Shown here in pieces: positions 21,269 to 31,533 of a DNA stretch of 64,000 nt; position 1 is the first letter of the stretch, and every line of letters starts with the position of its first letter. The DNA is from Candidatus Zhuqueibacterota bacterium (GTDB taxonomy: Bacteria > Zhuqueibacterota > Zhuqueibacteria > Zhuqueibacterales > Geothermadaptataceae): NCBI GenBank assembly GCA_030950365.1, contig JAUZRQ010000040.1:13195-77194 (forward strand), written 5' to 3'. The notes beneath the pieces were generated by a model that was not told the DNA's origin, did no database searches, and saw nothing but the letters and a program-made list of their open reading frames with translations. Made by a program: the position numbers and the translations under genes.

Positions 21269-22824
21269 GCGATGTTGTACCCTCCGCCTTCGTCACCGAT
21301 TGGCTGGAGAAACGCGCGCAGCTCACGCCGGAACGCGTGGCCATCGAGGACGTAACCGGCGAAACCGTGCTGACCTACCGCGATTGGAACCGCCGCGTGA
21401 ACCGCACCGCGCATTTTCTGCAGCGCCTCGGCGTGCAAAAAGGCGACCGCGTCTCGGTGTATGCCAGCAACTGCATCGAATACCTTGAAGTGCTGTTCGC
21501 GTGCGGGAAAATGGGCGCCATCCTGCACAATCTGAACTGGCGGCTCACGGTGCACGAACTGCGCGGCATCATAGATGATGCCGGGCCGCGCGTGCTGATC
21601 TACTCCAGCGAATGGCGCGAGCAGGTGAACGAGCTACGGCCGCATGCGCAGAGCGTGACCCATTTCATCGCCATGGATGCCAGAGCGCATCCCGATGATC
21701 TGGCGCTGAATGATCGCGAGGCCATGTCCGAAAACCCACCGGAACGCCCGGATCTAAAACCCGACGATCCGTGGGCGATTTTTTACACCGGCGGCACCAC
21801 CGGTCTGCCCAAAGGCGCGGTGCTCACCCACGCCAATATGACCTGGAACTGCATCAATACCGTGGTGAGCTGGGGCCTGACGCAGGACGATGCTGCGCCG
21901 TTGCAACTGCCGCTGTTTCACATCGGCGGGCCGAATATTTTCATGTTGCCGCTGGTGCACGTGGGCGGCCGCACTGTTTTGTGCAAGGGGTTCGACGTGG
22001 AGCAGACATTTGATTTGATCGATTCCGGCCGCATCAATCTGTACGTGGGCGTGCCCACCATGTATATCATGATGCAGCAGCATCCGCGCTGGGCGCAGGC
22101 GGATTTCTCGCGCATGAAGCTGGTCATCAGCGGCGGCGCGCCGTGTCCGACGCCGGTGATGCAGGCATTCTGGGACAGAGGTGTGGATTTCAAACTGGGC
22201 TACGGCCTGACCGAGGCCACCGGCAACAATTTCTGGCTGCCAGAAGCGGATGTGCGCCGCAAACCGGGTTCCGTGGGCTTCCCGCTGTTTCACATCGATA
22301 TGAAAATCGTGCGTCCCGATGGCACGGAGTGCGCGCCGGATGAGGCTGGCGAGCTGCTGATCCGCGGGCCGCACGTGTTTGCCGGCTACTGGCAAAAGCC
22401 GGAAGAAACTCGGCAGGCGCTGCGGAATGGCTGGCTGTATACCGGCGATCTGGCCCGCCGCGATGCCGAAGGCTATTTTACCATCATCGGGCGCAGCAAG
22501 GAGATGTTCATCAGCGGCGGTGAAAACGTGTATCCAGCGGAAATCGAGAGCGTGCTGCACGGGCATCCGGCCGTGGCCGAGGCCGCGGTAGTCGGCGTGC
22601 CGGATGCGAAATGGGGCGAGGTGGGCGAGGCGTTTGTGGTGCTGCAGGAAGGCGAAACGGCGGATGAGGCGTCGCTGCGGGAGTACCTGAGCGAACGGCT
22701 GGCGAAATACAAGATACCGCAGCGCATCCGGTTCGTCTCTGAATTGCCGAAAACGGCCATCGGCAAGATTGACAAGAAACAGTTGCGGCAAATGGCGATG
22801 AATGATGGGCAGGATGAAATGTGA
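21265..22824 (+). CDS. AMP-dependent acyl-CoA synthetase/ligase (second copy)
   Basis: ORF 21199.. trimmed to MSDVVPSAFV, giving a 4-nt ATGA overlap with the KAS III-like stop. FYTGGTTGLPKG, GYGLTE, TGDLARRDAEGYFTIIGRSKEMFISGGENVYPAEIE. Confidence 0.9.
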   Translation: MSDVVPSAFVTDWLEKRAQLTPERVAIEDVTGETVLTYRDWNRRVNRTAHFLQRLGVQKGDRVSVYASNCIEYLEVLFACGKMGAILHNLNWRLTVHELRGIIDDAGPRVLIYSSEWREQVNELRPHAQSVTHFIAMDARAHPDDLALNDREAMSENPPERPDLKPDDPWAIFYTGGTTGLPKGAVLTHANMTWNCINTVVSWGLTQDDAAPLQLPLFHIGGPNIFMLPLVHVGGRTVLCKGFDVEQTFDLIDSGRINLYVGVPTMYIMMQQHPRWAQADFSRMKLVISGGAPCPTPVMQAFWDRGVDFKLGYGLTEATGNNFWLPEADVRRKPGSVGFPLFHIDMKIVRPDGTECAPDEAGELLIRGPHVFAGYWQKPEETRQALRNGWLYTGDLARRDAEGYFTIIGRSKEMFISGGENVYPAEIESVLHGHPAVAEAAVVGVPDAKWGEVGEAFVVLQEGETADEASLREYLSERLAKYKIPQRIRFVSELPKTAIGKIDKKQLRQMAMNDGQDEM

Positions 22825-22997
22825 TGGCTGCATGTTTTTGCAAGCCGGTTTGTAATTGTGGAGGACGCTGAGCTCAATGCATCATTAGAGAAAGGTCTCC
22901 GCACTTTCTATGGTTTTTATTACAACTCTGCGGTTTCTCGAACGAAGACCATGCATTCGACAGTGTAATCCAAATCCATTGGATCGGAGGGAGTGGC

Positions 22998-24506
22998 ATG
23001 ACCCTGGCGTGGGCGTTGTTTCTGTTGTACATGATCGGTACGGCCTATCTGGGCTGGCGCGGTTTTCGGAAAACCACCAATTTTGGCAGTTTCGCCATTG
23101 GCAGCGGTGACTTGTCGCCGTATGTGGTGGGCATCACCATGGCCGCAAGCGTGGCCTCCGCCGCTACATTTATTATCAATCCCGGCTTCATCTATGTCCA
23201 TGGTTTGGCGGCGTTCATGCATTTTGTGGTCGCCGTTGGCAGTGGATTTTGCCTCATGCTGGTGGTGCTCTCCTTTCGCTTCCGCCGGCTGGGCGAGAGC
23301 ACGCATGCCCTTACCATGCCGCACTGGATCGGCAATCGGTTCGGTTCTCGCGGGTTCGCCGCCTTCTTTGCGCTGGTCAATCTATTTGCGCTCGCCTTTG
23401 TGGTACTCATTGTTGGCGGACTTTCCATCGTCATGCAGCAGCTTCTCGGCGTGTCCAACACCGTTGCGCTGGTGATTATGCTCACCTTCGTCACCGGCTA
23501 CATTTTTCTCGGTGGCACCTATGCCCACGTGTTCACCAACACCCTGCAGGGCACGCTGATGATCCTGGTGTCTCTTCTGATCCTGGGCTCGGGCATTCCA
23601 CTGCTGCTTGACCATTCGCCGGGCTTTTTTGAGCGTTTGGCCGCTCAGGATGCCAATCTGGTCAAATGGGTCAATCCTGCCAGCAATCTGTATAACAATG
23701 TGTTTTCCATTTACATCAGCGGCTTTCTCATTGGTGCGGCATTGGTGTGCCAGCCGCACATCCTCACCAAAGCGCTGTATTTGAAAAGCGACCGCCAGGT
23801 GCGGCGCTACCTGTTCATTGGAGTAGCGGTGCTAGCGCTGTTTTTTTTGTTGCCATTTGCAGGCTTTTATGCCCGGATCACCCTGCCACAGGACGCGCTT
23901 ATGGATCCAGTCACCGGCGTATTCCGGCAGGACCTGGCGATGACCCTGTACATCAAGCAGGCGTTCCCGGGCTGGACGTTCACGGTCATCAGCGTGGTGC
24001 TGTTGGCCGCGGGCATGTCCACCCTGGACGGCATACTGGTATCGCTGTCCACCATCACCGCCAACGACTTGTTTTTAAACGTGATCGGACGGTTCAGCAA
24101 GCGGGAGCGATCCGAAGAGGAACGGCTGGCGCTGGCCTACCGTGCGAGCCATGTAATCCTTATCATCATCGCCGTGGCGGCGTTTATCATCTGCCTGCGA
24201 CCGCCAAAGCTGCTGGGCATTTTTGGGCAGGTGGGTGTGTATGGCATGGCCGTGGCCGCCGTGCCGCCGCTTTTGGGCGGCATTCTGTTCCGCCGACTAC
24301 CGCTGTGGCTGGTATGGGCCACATCGGCGCTTGCCCTGGCGACGCATTTTTTGTTGTATTTTTTCGGCGCCGAGTGGTTCCCCGGTGCTCCGCTCACCTT
24401 CGCCAATCCGGGCGTGCCAGCCACTCTGGCGATCCTTGTCAGCATGGTGCCTACCCTGGCCATTGGTTTTTATCTGAATCGAACCCATCACCAATTTTTT
24501 GCTTGA
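22998..24506 (+). CDS. sodium:solute symporter (SSS) family transporter
   Basis: About 13 hydrophobic segments. The N-terminus LFLLYMIGTAYLGWRGFRKTTNFGSFAIGSGDLSPYVVGITMAAS is typical of the SSS family. Confidence 0.8.
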   Translation: MTLAWALFLLYMIGTAYLGWRGFRKTTNFGSFAIGSGDLSPYVVGITMAASVASAATFIINPGFIYVHGLAAFMHFVVAVGSGFCLMLVVLSFRFRRLGESTHALTMPHWIGNRFGSRGFAAFFALVNLFALAFVVLIVGGLSIVMQQLLGVSNTVALVIMLTFVTGYIFLGGTYAHVFTNTLQGTLMILVSLLILGSGIPLLLDHSPGFFERLAAQDANLVKWVNPASNLYNNVFSIYISGFLIGAALVCQPHILTKALYLKSDRQVRRYLFIGVAVLALFFLLPFAGFYARITLPQDALMDPVTGVFRQDLAMTLYIKQAFPGWTFTVISVVLLAAGMSTLDGILVSLSTITANDLFLNVIGRFSKRERSEEERLALAYRASHVILIIIAVAAFIICLRPPKLLGIFGQVGVYGMAVAAVPPLLGGILFRRLPLWLVWATSALALATHFLLYFFGAEWFPGAPLTFANPGVPATLAILVSMVPTLAIGFYLNRTHHQFFA

Positions 24507-24568
24507 AATCTGGATTTAAATTGTAGATATTGGTTAAAAATGATCAAACTTTTCATACGAGATTACCC

Positions 24569-24976
24569 ATGCCGGTCATAACCGTTGAAAAGCCTTTGCG
24601 TGACAAATTGGGCGATGATGGTGTGACGTCCCTGGTTAATCTCATCAATCAAGCCCTTGATGAACAAAAGAACAATATCATTCAATTTGTAGAAGAAAAA
24701 TTTGAGCACCGGTTGTCGGAAGAGCTTGCGAAAATCCGTGTTGAAATGGCTGAAATGAAGGCTGAGCTTCGAAATGAAATGGCTGAAATGAAGGCCGAGC
24801 TTCGAAATGAAATGGCTGAAATAAAAGTCGAATTAAAAGGCGAGATGTCGGAGATGAAGTCAGGGCTCGTTGCGGAAATTCAGTCCGTCAGAAGTGAGAT
24901 GATCAAATGGATGTTTGCGTTCTGGGTGGGACAGATTGCCGTCCTTGTTGGATTGTTGTTTGCTTTTTTTAGATAG
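24569..24976 (+). CDS. DUF1640-like coiled-coil protein with C-terminal TM anchor
   Basis: ORF 24530.. trimmed to MPVITVEKPL. Tandem 11-aa repeats EMAEMKAELRN, then IKWMFAFWVGQIAVLVGLLFAFF. First gene of the low-GC block. Confidence 0.55.
   Translation: MPVITVEKPLRDKLGDDGVTSLVNLINQALDEQKNNIIQFVEEKFEHRLSEELAKIRVEMAEMKAELRNEMAEMKAELRNEMAEIKVELKGEMSEMKSGLVAEIQSVRSEMIKWMFAFWVGQIAVLVGLLFAFFR
24743..24874 (+). repeat. 33-bp tandem repeat x4 inside the CDS
   Basis: Units 1 and 2 (24743-24775, 24776-24808) differ by 1 nt. Units 3 and 4 are progressively degenerate. They encode EMAEMKAELRN / EMAEMKAELRN / EMAEIKVELKG / EMSEMKSGLVA. Confidence 0.9.
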
Positions 24977-25749
24977 GGGAGTATCTCAAGTATCTCTTTA
25001 CCATAACATTCTTGGTCCTGAATTGATCAATTTTTCTTCTATAAAAAATTTCCTGACATTCAGAAGATTCTAAACCTTACCGTAGCGAATCAGGAATCAG
25101 AATTGATTTAATCGGTTTTATTCAACAGTACCTCGTACCTCGCCCCAAGGACGTCTTGCTTTAATGGATCAATCTGTCATGTTCCCTGGTAAGCTGAGTT
25201 GCCTGTGGAAAGAGTTGACGGATTCGACAGACCTTCTTCATGGGCAAAGATATTAATTCATAGCTTTACGCACAATTTGTTGCGGCCTGTCCTGCTTATA
25301 AATATAATAACGCACATAAGTGATCACCATAAAGCAGCAATAGGCCCCAAAAATGTTCATACGAGTCAAGGCAAACTCCTTTTAATCTTCAGACTTGCAT
25401 CATTGAATATAAACATTGTAGTTGAGATTCAATATTCTCCTGCATATTTAGTAAATATCCGGATAGTCTTCCAAATAGCGGATCATCGCCTGATCCTAAA
25501 AGCCGCTATCCCTGATTACAAACATAGCTTCATGAGTAGGATATTGTTGACTGATGGCTCGGACCAGGCGATCACCCGCATGCCATCACTGGCATGATTA
25601 GAATCATAGCTGCCAGGAGGCCCCAATTCTTTACCTTGTTAGGTGTGTGTTTTTGGTTTTTTATGTGAATAACGTAATCCTCTATAATATCATACGTTAG
25701 CCTCCAGAAAGATGTGTTAGAACTATAATCGATCCGTGTAAGTCAAACT

Positions 25750-27057
25750 TTAAGCCGCAATCTCCTCCTCGAATTGTTCTTCTTCTGTTGAACCTTTCAA
25801 CGCCGTAGTTGACGATTGGCCGCCACCAATCGCAATTTGCACCTGGTCGAAATATCCCGCACCTACAAATTTTTGATGCTTTATGGCACTATAGCCACAG
25901 GTAGTCTCGAGTTCAAATTCGTATTCCTGCAGTTTGGAGTAAGCAGCCATGCCCTGATCTTTGTACTGACGCGCAAGGTCAAACATGGCAGTGTTAAGAC
26001 TGTGGAAGCCAGCCAGAGTCACAAACTGAAATTTGTACCCCATTTCACCTAGTTTTTCCTGAAATTCTGCGATAGTTTTATCGTCTAAATTTTTCTTCCA
26101 ATTGAAAGATGGCGAACAATTATAAGCAAGCAGTTTACCGGGAAATTTTTCATGGATTGCCTGAGCGAATTCACGTGCTTCGCCCAGGTCTGGTTTGGAA
26201 GTTTCACACCAAATCATATCGGCATAAGGTACATACGCTAGAGCTCTGGCGATGGCATAATCAAGGCCGCCTTTTATTCGGAAAAAGCCCTCGGTAGTTC
26301 TTTCACCGGTGATGAACGGCTCATCCACCTCGTCAAAATCACTTCGGATCAAGCTGGCTGAATTGGCATCGGTCCGAGCAATGAGGACGGTGGGGACCCC
26401 CAGAACATCGGCTGCAAGCCTTGCCGCAACCAACTTTTGCACAAACTCCCGCTCCGGGACCAGAACCTTGCCTCCCATGTGACCGCATTTTTTAAGTGAA
26501 GAAAGCTGATCTTCAAGATGGACGGCCGCAGCTCCGGCTTCAATCATCGCTTTCATTAATTCGAACGTATTTAGTGGTCCACCAAAACCGGCTTCCGCAT
26601 CGGCTACGATGGGGGCAAACCAGGAAGTATGGCCATTGTCATTCAAATGACTAATCTGGTCTGCACGCGCAAGGGCATTGTTGATCCTGCGGACAAGGTT
26701 GGGCACACTATTTACCGGATATAGACTCTGATCGGGGTACATATGATAGGCGTTATTGGCATCGGCAGCTACCTGCCATCCGCTGATATAAATGGCTTTT
26801 AAGCCTGCTTGCACCTGTTGAATCGCCTGATTGCCTGTCAAGGCTCCCAGCGCCCGAACGAACGGTTCGGTGTTTACCAGATTCCAGAACTTCTCCGCTC
26901 CCATGCGTGCAAGTGTATATTCAATCTGAATCGAACCTCGAAGTCGAACTACATCGTCGGCCGTGTAAGGACGAACAATGCCCCGCCAGCGAGGATTCTT
27001 AGCCCAGACATTGTTTAAGGCATGAATTTGTTGTTGCTTATCCATAATTTCCTCCAT
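25750..27057 (-). CDS. aceA: isocitrate lyase
   Basis: 435 aa with the signature [13 protein letters not shown], plus [19 protein letters not shown] and TDANSA motifs. Confidence 0.95.
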   Translation of the reverse strand: MEEIMDKQQQIHALNNVWAKNPRWRGIVRPYTADDVVRLRGSIQIEYTLARMGAEKFWNLVNTEPFVRALGALTGNQAIQQVQAGLKAIYISGWQVAADANNAYHMYPDQSLYPVNSVPNLVRRINNALARADQISHLNDNGHTSWFAPIVADAEAGFGGPLNTFELMKAMIEAGAAAVHLEDQLSSLKKCGHMGGKVLVPEREFVQKLVAARLAADVLGVPTVLIARTDANSASLIRSDFDEVDEPFITGERTTEGFFRIKGGLDYAIARALAYVPYADMIWCETSKPDLGEAREFAQAIHEKFPGKLLAYNCSPSFNWKKNLDDKTIAEFQEKLGEMGYKFQFVTLAGFHSLNTAMFDLARQYKDQGMAAYSKLQEYEFELETTCGYSAIKHQKFVGAGYFDQVQIAIGGGQSSTTALKGSTEEEQFEEEIAA

Positions 27058-27060
27058 GGT

Positions 27061-28677
27061 TTAATTCAAATGTTTATAGGCAACAATGGTTAAGAATTCG
27101 GTAAAATGATTGTTTTGCACAAGCTCAGCGAGAATTTTTCTGGCAGTTTCAAATTTGCCCTGTGCATATCTTTCTTGCCCAATAACCTCTTTTATTTGCT
27201 TTAATTCCTGTGCAAGCAATTTGGTGAAAAGCGCCTCATCAATTTTTTCACCAGTTGCCAGTTTTGCCTGATGGTGATGGAGCCATTGCCAGAGCTGGCT
27301 TCTCGAAATTTCAGCCGTGGCGGCATCTTCCATCAGATTATCAATAGCCACTGCACCAATACCACGAAGCCAGGCTTCCAAATACAGAATAGCCACGCTT
27401 ATGTTGTTCCGGAAGCCATCTTCTGTTATATGCCCCTGCAAACTTCTTACATCCAGAAGGTCATTTGCTGTGACCTGAACATCTTCCCTTAGCCTTTCTT
27501 TTTGATGAGGTCGATCACCAAGGATGGCATCAAAAGCCTCTCTGGCGATCGGCACCAGATCCGGATGGGCAACCCAGGTGCCGTCAAAACCATCACCGGA
27601 TTCCCGCTCCTTGTCCTCTCGTACTTTCGCCAACGCCATTTCATTCATCAGTGGGTCCTTACGATTCGGGATAAAGGCAGCCATACCACCAATCGCATGC
27701 GCTCCACGTCTATGACAGGTTTGCACCAGAAGTTCCGTATAAGCGCGCATGAAAGGTACCGTCATGGTAACCTGGGCTCGATCCGGTAGTAAAAATTCGG
27801 GATGGTTTCGGAATTTACGAATCATGCTGAAAATGTAATCCCAGCGTCCTGCGTTTAGTCCGGCAATATGATCACGAAGTTCATATAAAATTTCTTCCAT
27901 TTCAAAGGCTGCCAGAATGTTTTCAATAAGTACCGTTGCTTTGATGGAGCCTCGTGGCAGCCCCAGTTCATCTTGAGCTAGATTAAAGACTTCGTTCCAC
28001 AGGCGGGCCTCCAGATGATTTTCTAATTTTGGCAAATAAAAATAAGGGCCACTGCCGCGATCGATTAATTTCCTTGCATTATGAAAAAAGTAGAGTCCGA
28101 AGTCAAAGAGAGAGGCGGATATGGGCTTACCATCCACCAACACATGCTTTTCAGGTAGATGCCAACCACGTGGCCGAACCAGCAGGGTGGCAACATCATC
28201 GTTTAATTGATACTGTTTCCCCTCTGGACTGGTGTAAGTGATAGTACGGTCAACCGCATCGCACAAATTCAATTGCCCCTGCAGGCAGTTTATCCAGGTT
28301 GGCGAATTGGCGTCCTCAAAGTCGGCCATAAAGGCATTGGCACCAGAGTTAAGGGCATTGATCATCATTTTGCGATCAACCGGACCAGTAATTTCCACTC
28401 GCCGGTTTTGTAAATCATCAGGGATGGGGGCAACTCTCCATGTAGTATCTTCTCGAATGCGACGAGTCTTTTCAAGGAAGTTTGGCATGGTACCCGAGTC
28501 TATCTCAGCCTGAATTTCTCTCCGTCTTTGAAGTAATTTTTCTCTTGTCTCCCCAAATTCGCGTTGCAACTTTGCTATGAAATCAAGGGCTTCCGGTGTT
28601 AAAATACGTGCACAGTCAGAAGTAAACTCCCCGATAAGTGTTACACTTTCTAATATAGATACTGCGCTTTGTGACAT
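27061..28677 (-). CDS. aceB: malate synthase A
   Basis: 538 aa, the length and layout of malate synthase [53 protein letters not shown]. Only 3 nt upstream of aceA. Confidence 0.93.
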   Translation of the reverse strand: MSQSAVSILESVTLIGEFTSDCARILTPEALDFIAKLQREFGETREKLLQRRREIQAEIDSGTMPNFLEKTRRIREDTTWRVAPIPDDLQNRRVEITGPVDRKMMINALNSGANAFMADFEDANSPTWINCLQGQLNLCDAVDRTITYTSPEGKQYQLNDDVATLLVRPRGWHLPEKHVLVDGKPISASLFDFGLYFFHNARKLIDRGSGPYFYLPKLENHLEARLWNEVFNLAQDELGLPRGSIKATVLIENILAAFEMEEILYELRDHIAGLNAGRWDYIFSMIRKFRNHPEFLLPDRAQVTMTVPFMRAYTELLVQTCHRRGAHAIGGMAAFIPNRKDPLMNEMALAKVREDKERESGDGFDGTWVAHPDLVPIAREAFDAILGDRPHQKERLREDVQVTANDLLDVRSLQGHITEDGFRNNISVAILYLEAWLRGIGAVAIDNLMEDAATAEISRSQLWQWLHHHQAKLATGEKIDEALFTKLLAQELKQIKEVIGQERYAQGKFETARKILAELVQNNHFTEFLTIVAYKHLN

Positions 28678-28793
28678 AGAACTCCTCCTTAGGCTCTCTA
28701 TCCAAATTTTTATGGGAATTGAGAGAAGTCAGAACAACGCTTTTGGCATTCTCACCTCCCAGGGAATGGACTGTTTTGATCAAGCTGGTTGGA

Positions 28794-28822
28794 AAGTTAA
28801 AAAAGGGATGAGAAAATGTCAA
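28794..28822 (-). promoter_or_regulatory. candidate sigma-70-type promoter for aceB-aceA
   Basis: On the minus strand, TTGACA (28822-28817), a 17-nt spacer, then TAACTT (28799-28794). It lies about 110 nt upstream of the aceB ATG. Confidence 0.4.
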
Positions 28823-28829
28823 GAAAAAT

Positions 28830-28843
28830 AGCGAAAATTCGCT
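28830..28843. promoter_or_regulatory. inverted repeat AGCGAA-AA-TTCGCT next to the aceBA -35 box (candidate operator)
   Basis: AGCGAAAATTCGCT. Further TTCGC half-sites at 28853-28861 and around 28895-28915 (tatttcgctgatagtgaaata), in the divergent aceB/regulator intergenic region. Confidence 0.3.
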
Positions 28844-29031
28844 AAAAAATATAAATTCGCCAATAAAGTAATTACGCAAATTATGAAAATTTTAGGTTAT
28901 TTCGCTGATAGTGAAATAATTTGTGGATTTTTGTGGCGTGGAATCTTATTTTATTGTTTAAGAATTCTGCTGAGGTGTAAAAAAGGGCAAGATACGTTGA
29001 AGATTACCAAATAGAAGTGGAGAGGATAAAA

Positions 29032-30540
29032 ATGGATGGAGATAACGTTCGTCTGATCCTCGGTTTCAAAGTGAAGCAATATCGTTTGAAACAGGGCTTA
29101 TCTTTAAAACAATTGGCTGCCCGCACGGGGCTTTCCATATCGTTTTTAAGCGAGATCGAGAAAGGGAAGAAATATCCAAAGCCTGAGAAAATTGTCCTTT
29201 TGGCACGGGCATTAGGTATTTCATTTGATGAATTGGTCTCAATGAAGATGGGAGAAGAGCTAGATTCCCTGAATGCGGTTTTAAATTCTTCTTTGCTGAA
29301 AGAATTTCCGTTTCATTTTTTTGGTATTGCACCGGGGGATTTTCTCGATTTGATTACCAGTTCACCGCAAAAAGCCGGTGCTTTCATCCGTACAATTTTA
29401 GAAATTGGCAAAGCGTATGACATGCATGTGGAACATTTTTATTTTGCTACTCTACGTTCGTATCAAAAACTCCACAACAATTATTTTGAAGAGATTGAGG
29501 TAGCAGCGGAACGCTTTGTACGCGAACAAAAATGGGATATGAATCCACCAATAAAAAAAGAACGTTTTCAAAAGATTCTTGAAGCGGACTATGGTTATGT
29601 AATCGATGAACAGACCCTAAACCAATATCCTGAATTGCAAAAATTTCGGTCGGTTTGGGTTGACTCGAAGCCCCCGAGGTTATTGGTGAATGAAAAATTG
29701 CTAGCGTCACAAAAAGCATTTATTTTAGGAAGAGAAATTGGTTACAATTATTTGGGACTCAAAGAAAGGGCTATCACGTCCTCATGGCTCAAAGTGCGAA
29801 GTTTTGAACAGGTACTCGACAATTTTAAAGCTTCATATTTTGCCGGTGCCCTCATGATAAATCGTGACCTGCTTTATGAGGATATATCAAAGTTTTTTCA
29901 AAATCAAAGTTGGGATGGGGAGGCATTTTTAGCTATGATGCGACGCTACGACGCCACACCCGAGATGTTTCTTTATCGTCTAAGCCAAATTATCCCCCGA
30001 TTCTTTGGATTAAAAGAAATTTTCTATTTGCGTTTTAATAATGCAGCAGGAAGCCAAAAATATCGCCTTACCAAAGAACTCAATATGTCCAGAGTCAATG
30101 TGCCTTACGGTATCGGCTTGAATGAACATTATTGTCGACGTTGGCTATCTATTAGTTTGCTGAACAGGTTAGCCGAGCAACAGAAACAGAGGAATGCAAA
30201 ATTTACCATTATTGCTGCTCAACGTTCTAAATTCATAGAAAGCGATGCAGAGTTCTTTACCATTACCCTGGCTCGTCCATTGGCACTAATCGAAGGGACA
30301 AATTCAAGTATGTCGATTGGTTTTTTGATGAACGATGATTTTAAACAAAGGGTACGTTTCTGGAACGACCCTAAAGTGCCAACGGTACGGGTTAATGAAA
30401 CCTGCGAACGCTGTGGTTTGAACCGTTCCGAATGCAGTGAGCGAGTGGCTCCACCTGAAATTTATCAACAGGTACAAACCCAGAAAGTGAGAGAGAAGGT
30501 TCTTGAAGAGATGCTTAAAAATTTCGACGCGATTCCGTAA
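29032..30540 (+). CDS. XRE-family regulator of the RamB/PrpR (short-chain acyl-CoA-responsive) type
   Basis: ORF 29017 (GTG); I prefer the ATG at 29032 after GGAGAGG. N-terminal HTH LKQGLSLKQLAARTGLSISFLSEIEKGKKYP, a long C-terminal domain, and the Cys cluster NETCERCGLNRSEC. Divergent from aceBA, as RamB-type regulators are in actinobacteria. Confidence 0.65.
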   Translation: MDGDNVRLILGFKVKQYRLKQGLSLKQLAARTGLSISFLSEIEKGKKYPKPEKIVLLARALGISFDELVSMKMGEELDSLNAVLNSSLLKEFPFHFFGIAPGDFLDLITSSPQKAGAFIRTILEIGKAYDMHVEHFYFATLRSYQKLHNNYFEEIEVAAERFVREQKWDMNPPIKKERFQKILEADYGYVIDEQTLNQYPELQKFRSVWVDSKPPRLLVNEKLLASQKAFILGREIGYNYLGLKERAITSSWLKVRSFEQVLDNFKASYFAGALMINRDLLYEDISKFFQNQSWDGEAFLAMMRRYDATPEMFLYRLSQIIPRFFGLKEIFYLRFNNAAGSQKYRLTKELNMSRVNVPYGIGLNEHYCRRWLSISLLNRLAEQQKQRNAKFTIIAAQRSKFIESDAEFFTITLARPLALIEGTNSSMSIGFLMNDDFKQRVRFWNDPKVPTVRVNETCERCGLNRSECSERVAPPEIYQQVQTQKVREKVLEEMLKNFDAIP

Positions 30541-31494
30541 AGATTTTTGTCATTTTCTTGATCAAACCCGTTTACGGTTTCCTTGGAAGATTTTACTTTG
30601 TTTTGAAGTATTCACATTACCATAAAATAATAAAGAGTGCTCTGATGATAGGCTAAGCGCTAAACGGTTGGTTGGTTTCAGCATTTTCACAGAAGGGCTG
30701 GATTTGAGCAAAATTTAAGGTTTTCGGGAACGATTGGCGCAGACCGATCTTGTCGACGACGAGTTTGCAGCAATGATTGAAGCGGTTCAATAATAGGGCT
30801 ATCATTGGGCTCGGGGCAAGATAGCGGTGAACGATGCAACGCTTGTGTCGGCCTGTCGGAGACCGTCGAAGGAGAATGAGCGGTCATGCTTGCAAACGGA
30901 GTCGGATGCGCGTACAGCCCCAAGGCCAGCAAATTGGATTTCGCCTAAGGGGGATATGTGGGGGGCAATGATGAGCTGGGGTTTGGAGAACACGCTTGTG
31001 TTACGGTTGCAAAGGTTTATGATTTTCAGGCGAATGATACTCGTTTGAAGGATCCAGATCAGGTAGTTTTGTCGATCTGACGAATGACCGTCCTATGCGA
31101 TTCCTGTCGTTTTACATTTGTGGCGTCCATGCAAAAAGGCTTGACCATGATGTGGCCAAAATTTTAACGCCCCTCAATGGCCTCCCAGGTTAATTGAATC
31201 GCAGAACATGGGAGCTAAAAGAAAAATAAAGAGTTCGTCAAAGCTCTTTTATGCAAGAGCCATTGATTCAGATTTGCATGAAGCAAAAATTCTGGTTAAA
31301 TTACATATTAACAAATTTGTAATTCTAACTTTTCTATTTTGTAAGAGCTGCATAGACAATTTTGAAATTTTACCGAATCGAGTCCCCAATTTTCTCCAGT
31401 TTTAAACGAGAAGTCGTAAACATCATCTACTTTATCCCACCATTATAGCCTTCTATTTTTCAAGCAATTGCCTGTCATCACGCTGAGGAGCTTT

Positions 31495-31521
31495 TGATGA
31501 ATTTCTCGCTGCATTTCATCA
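31495..31521. promoter_or_regulatory. 7-bp inverted repeat just upstream of the sigma-54 promoter
   Basis: TGATGAA-N13-TTCATCA, ending 13 nt before the -24 element. Confidence 0.3.
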
Positions 31522-31533
31522 AACGGTTTCTTC

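Noticed and set aside
24743-24874. Possible CRISPR or VNTR array
   Set aside because: The units are contiguous with no spacers, are in-frame, and encode a coiled-coil repeat within a CDS. No cas genes are nearby.
25199-25597. 132-aa plus-strand ORF in the AT-rich spacer
   Set aside because: It has a TTG start, no RBS, and an Ile/Leu/His-rich low-complexity product in about 30% GC DNA. It is most likely a chance ORF.
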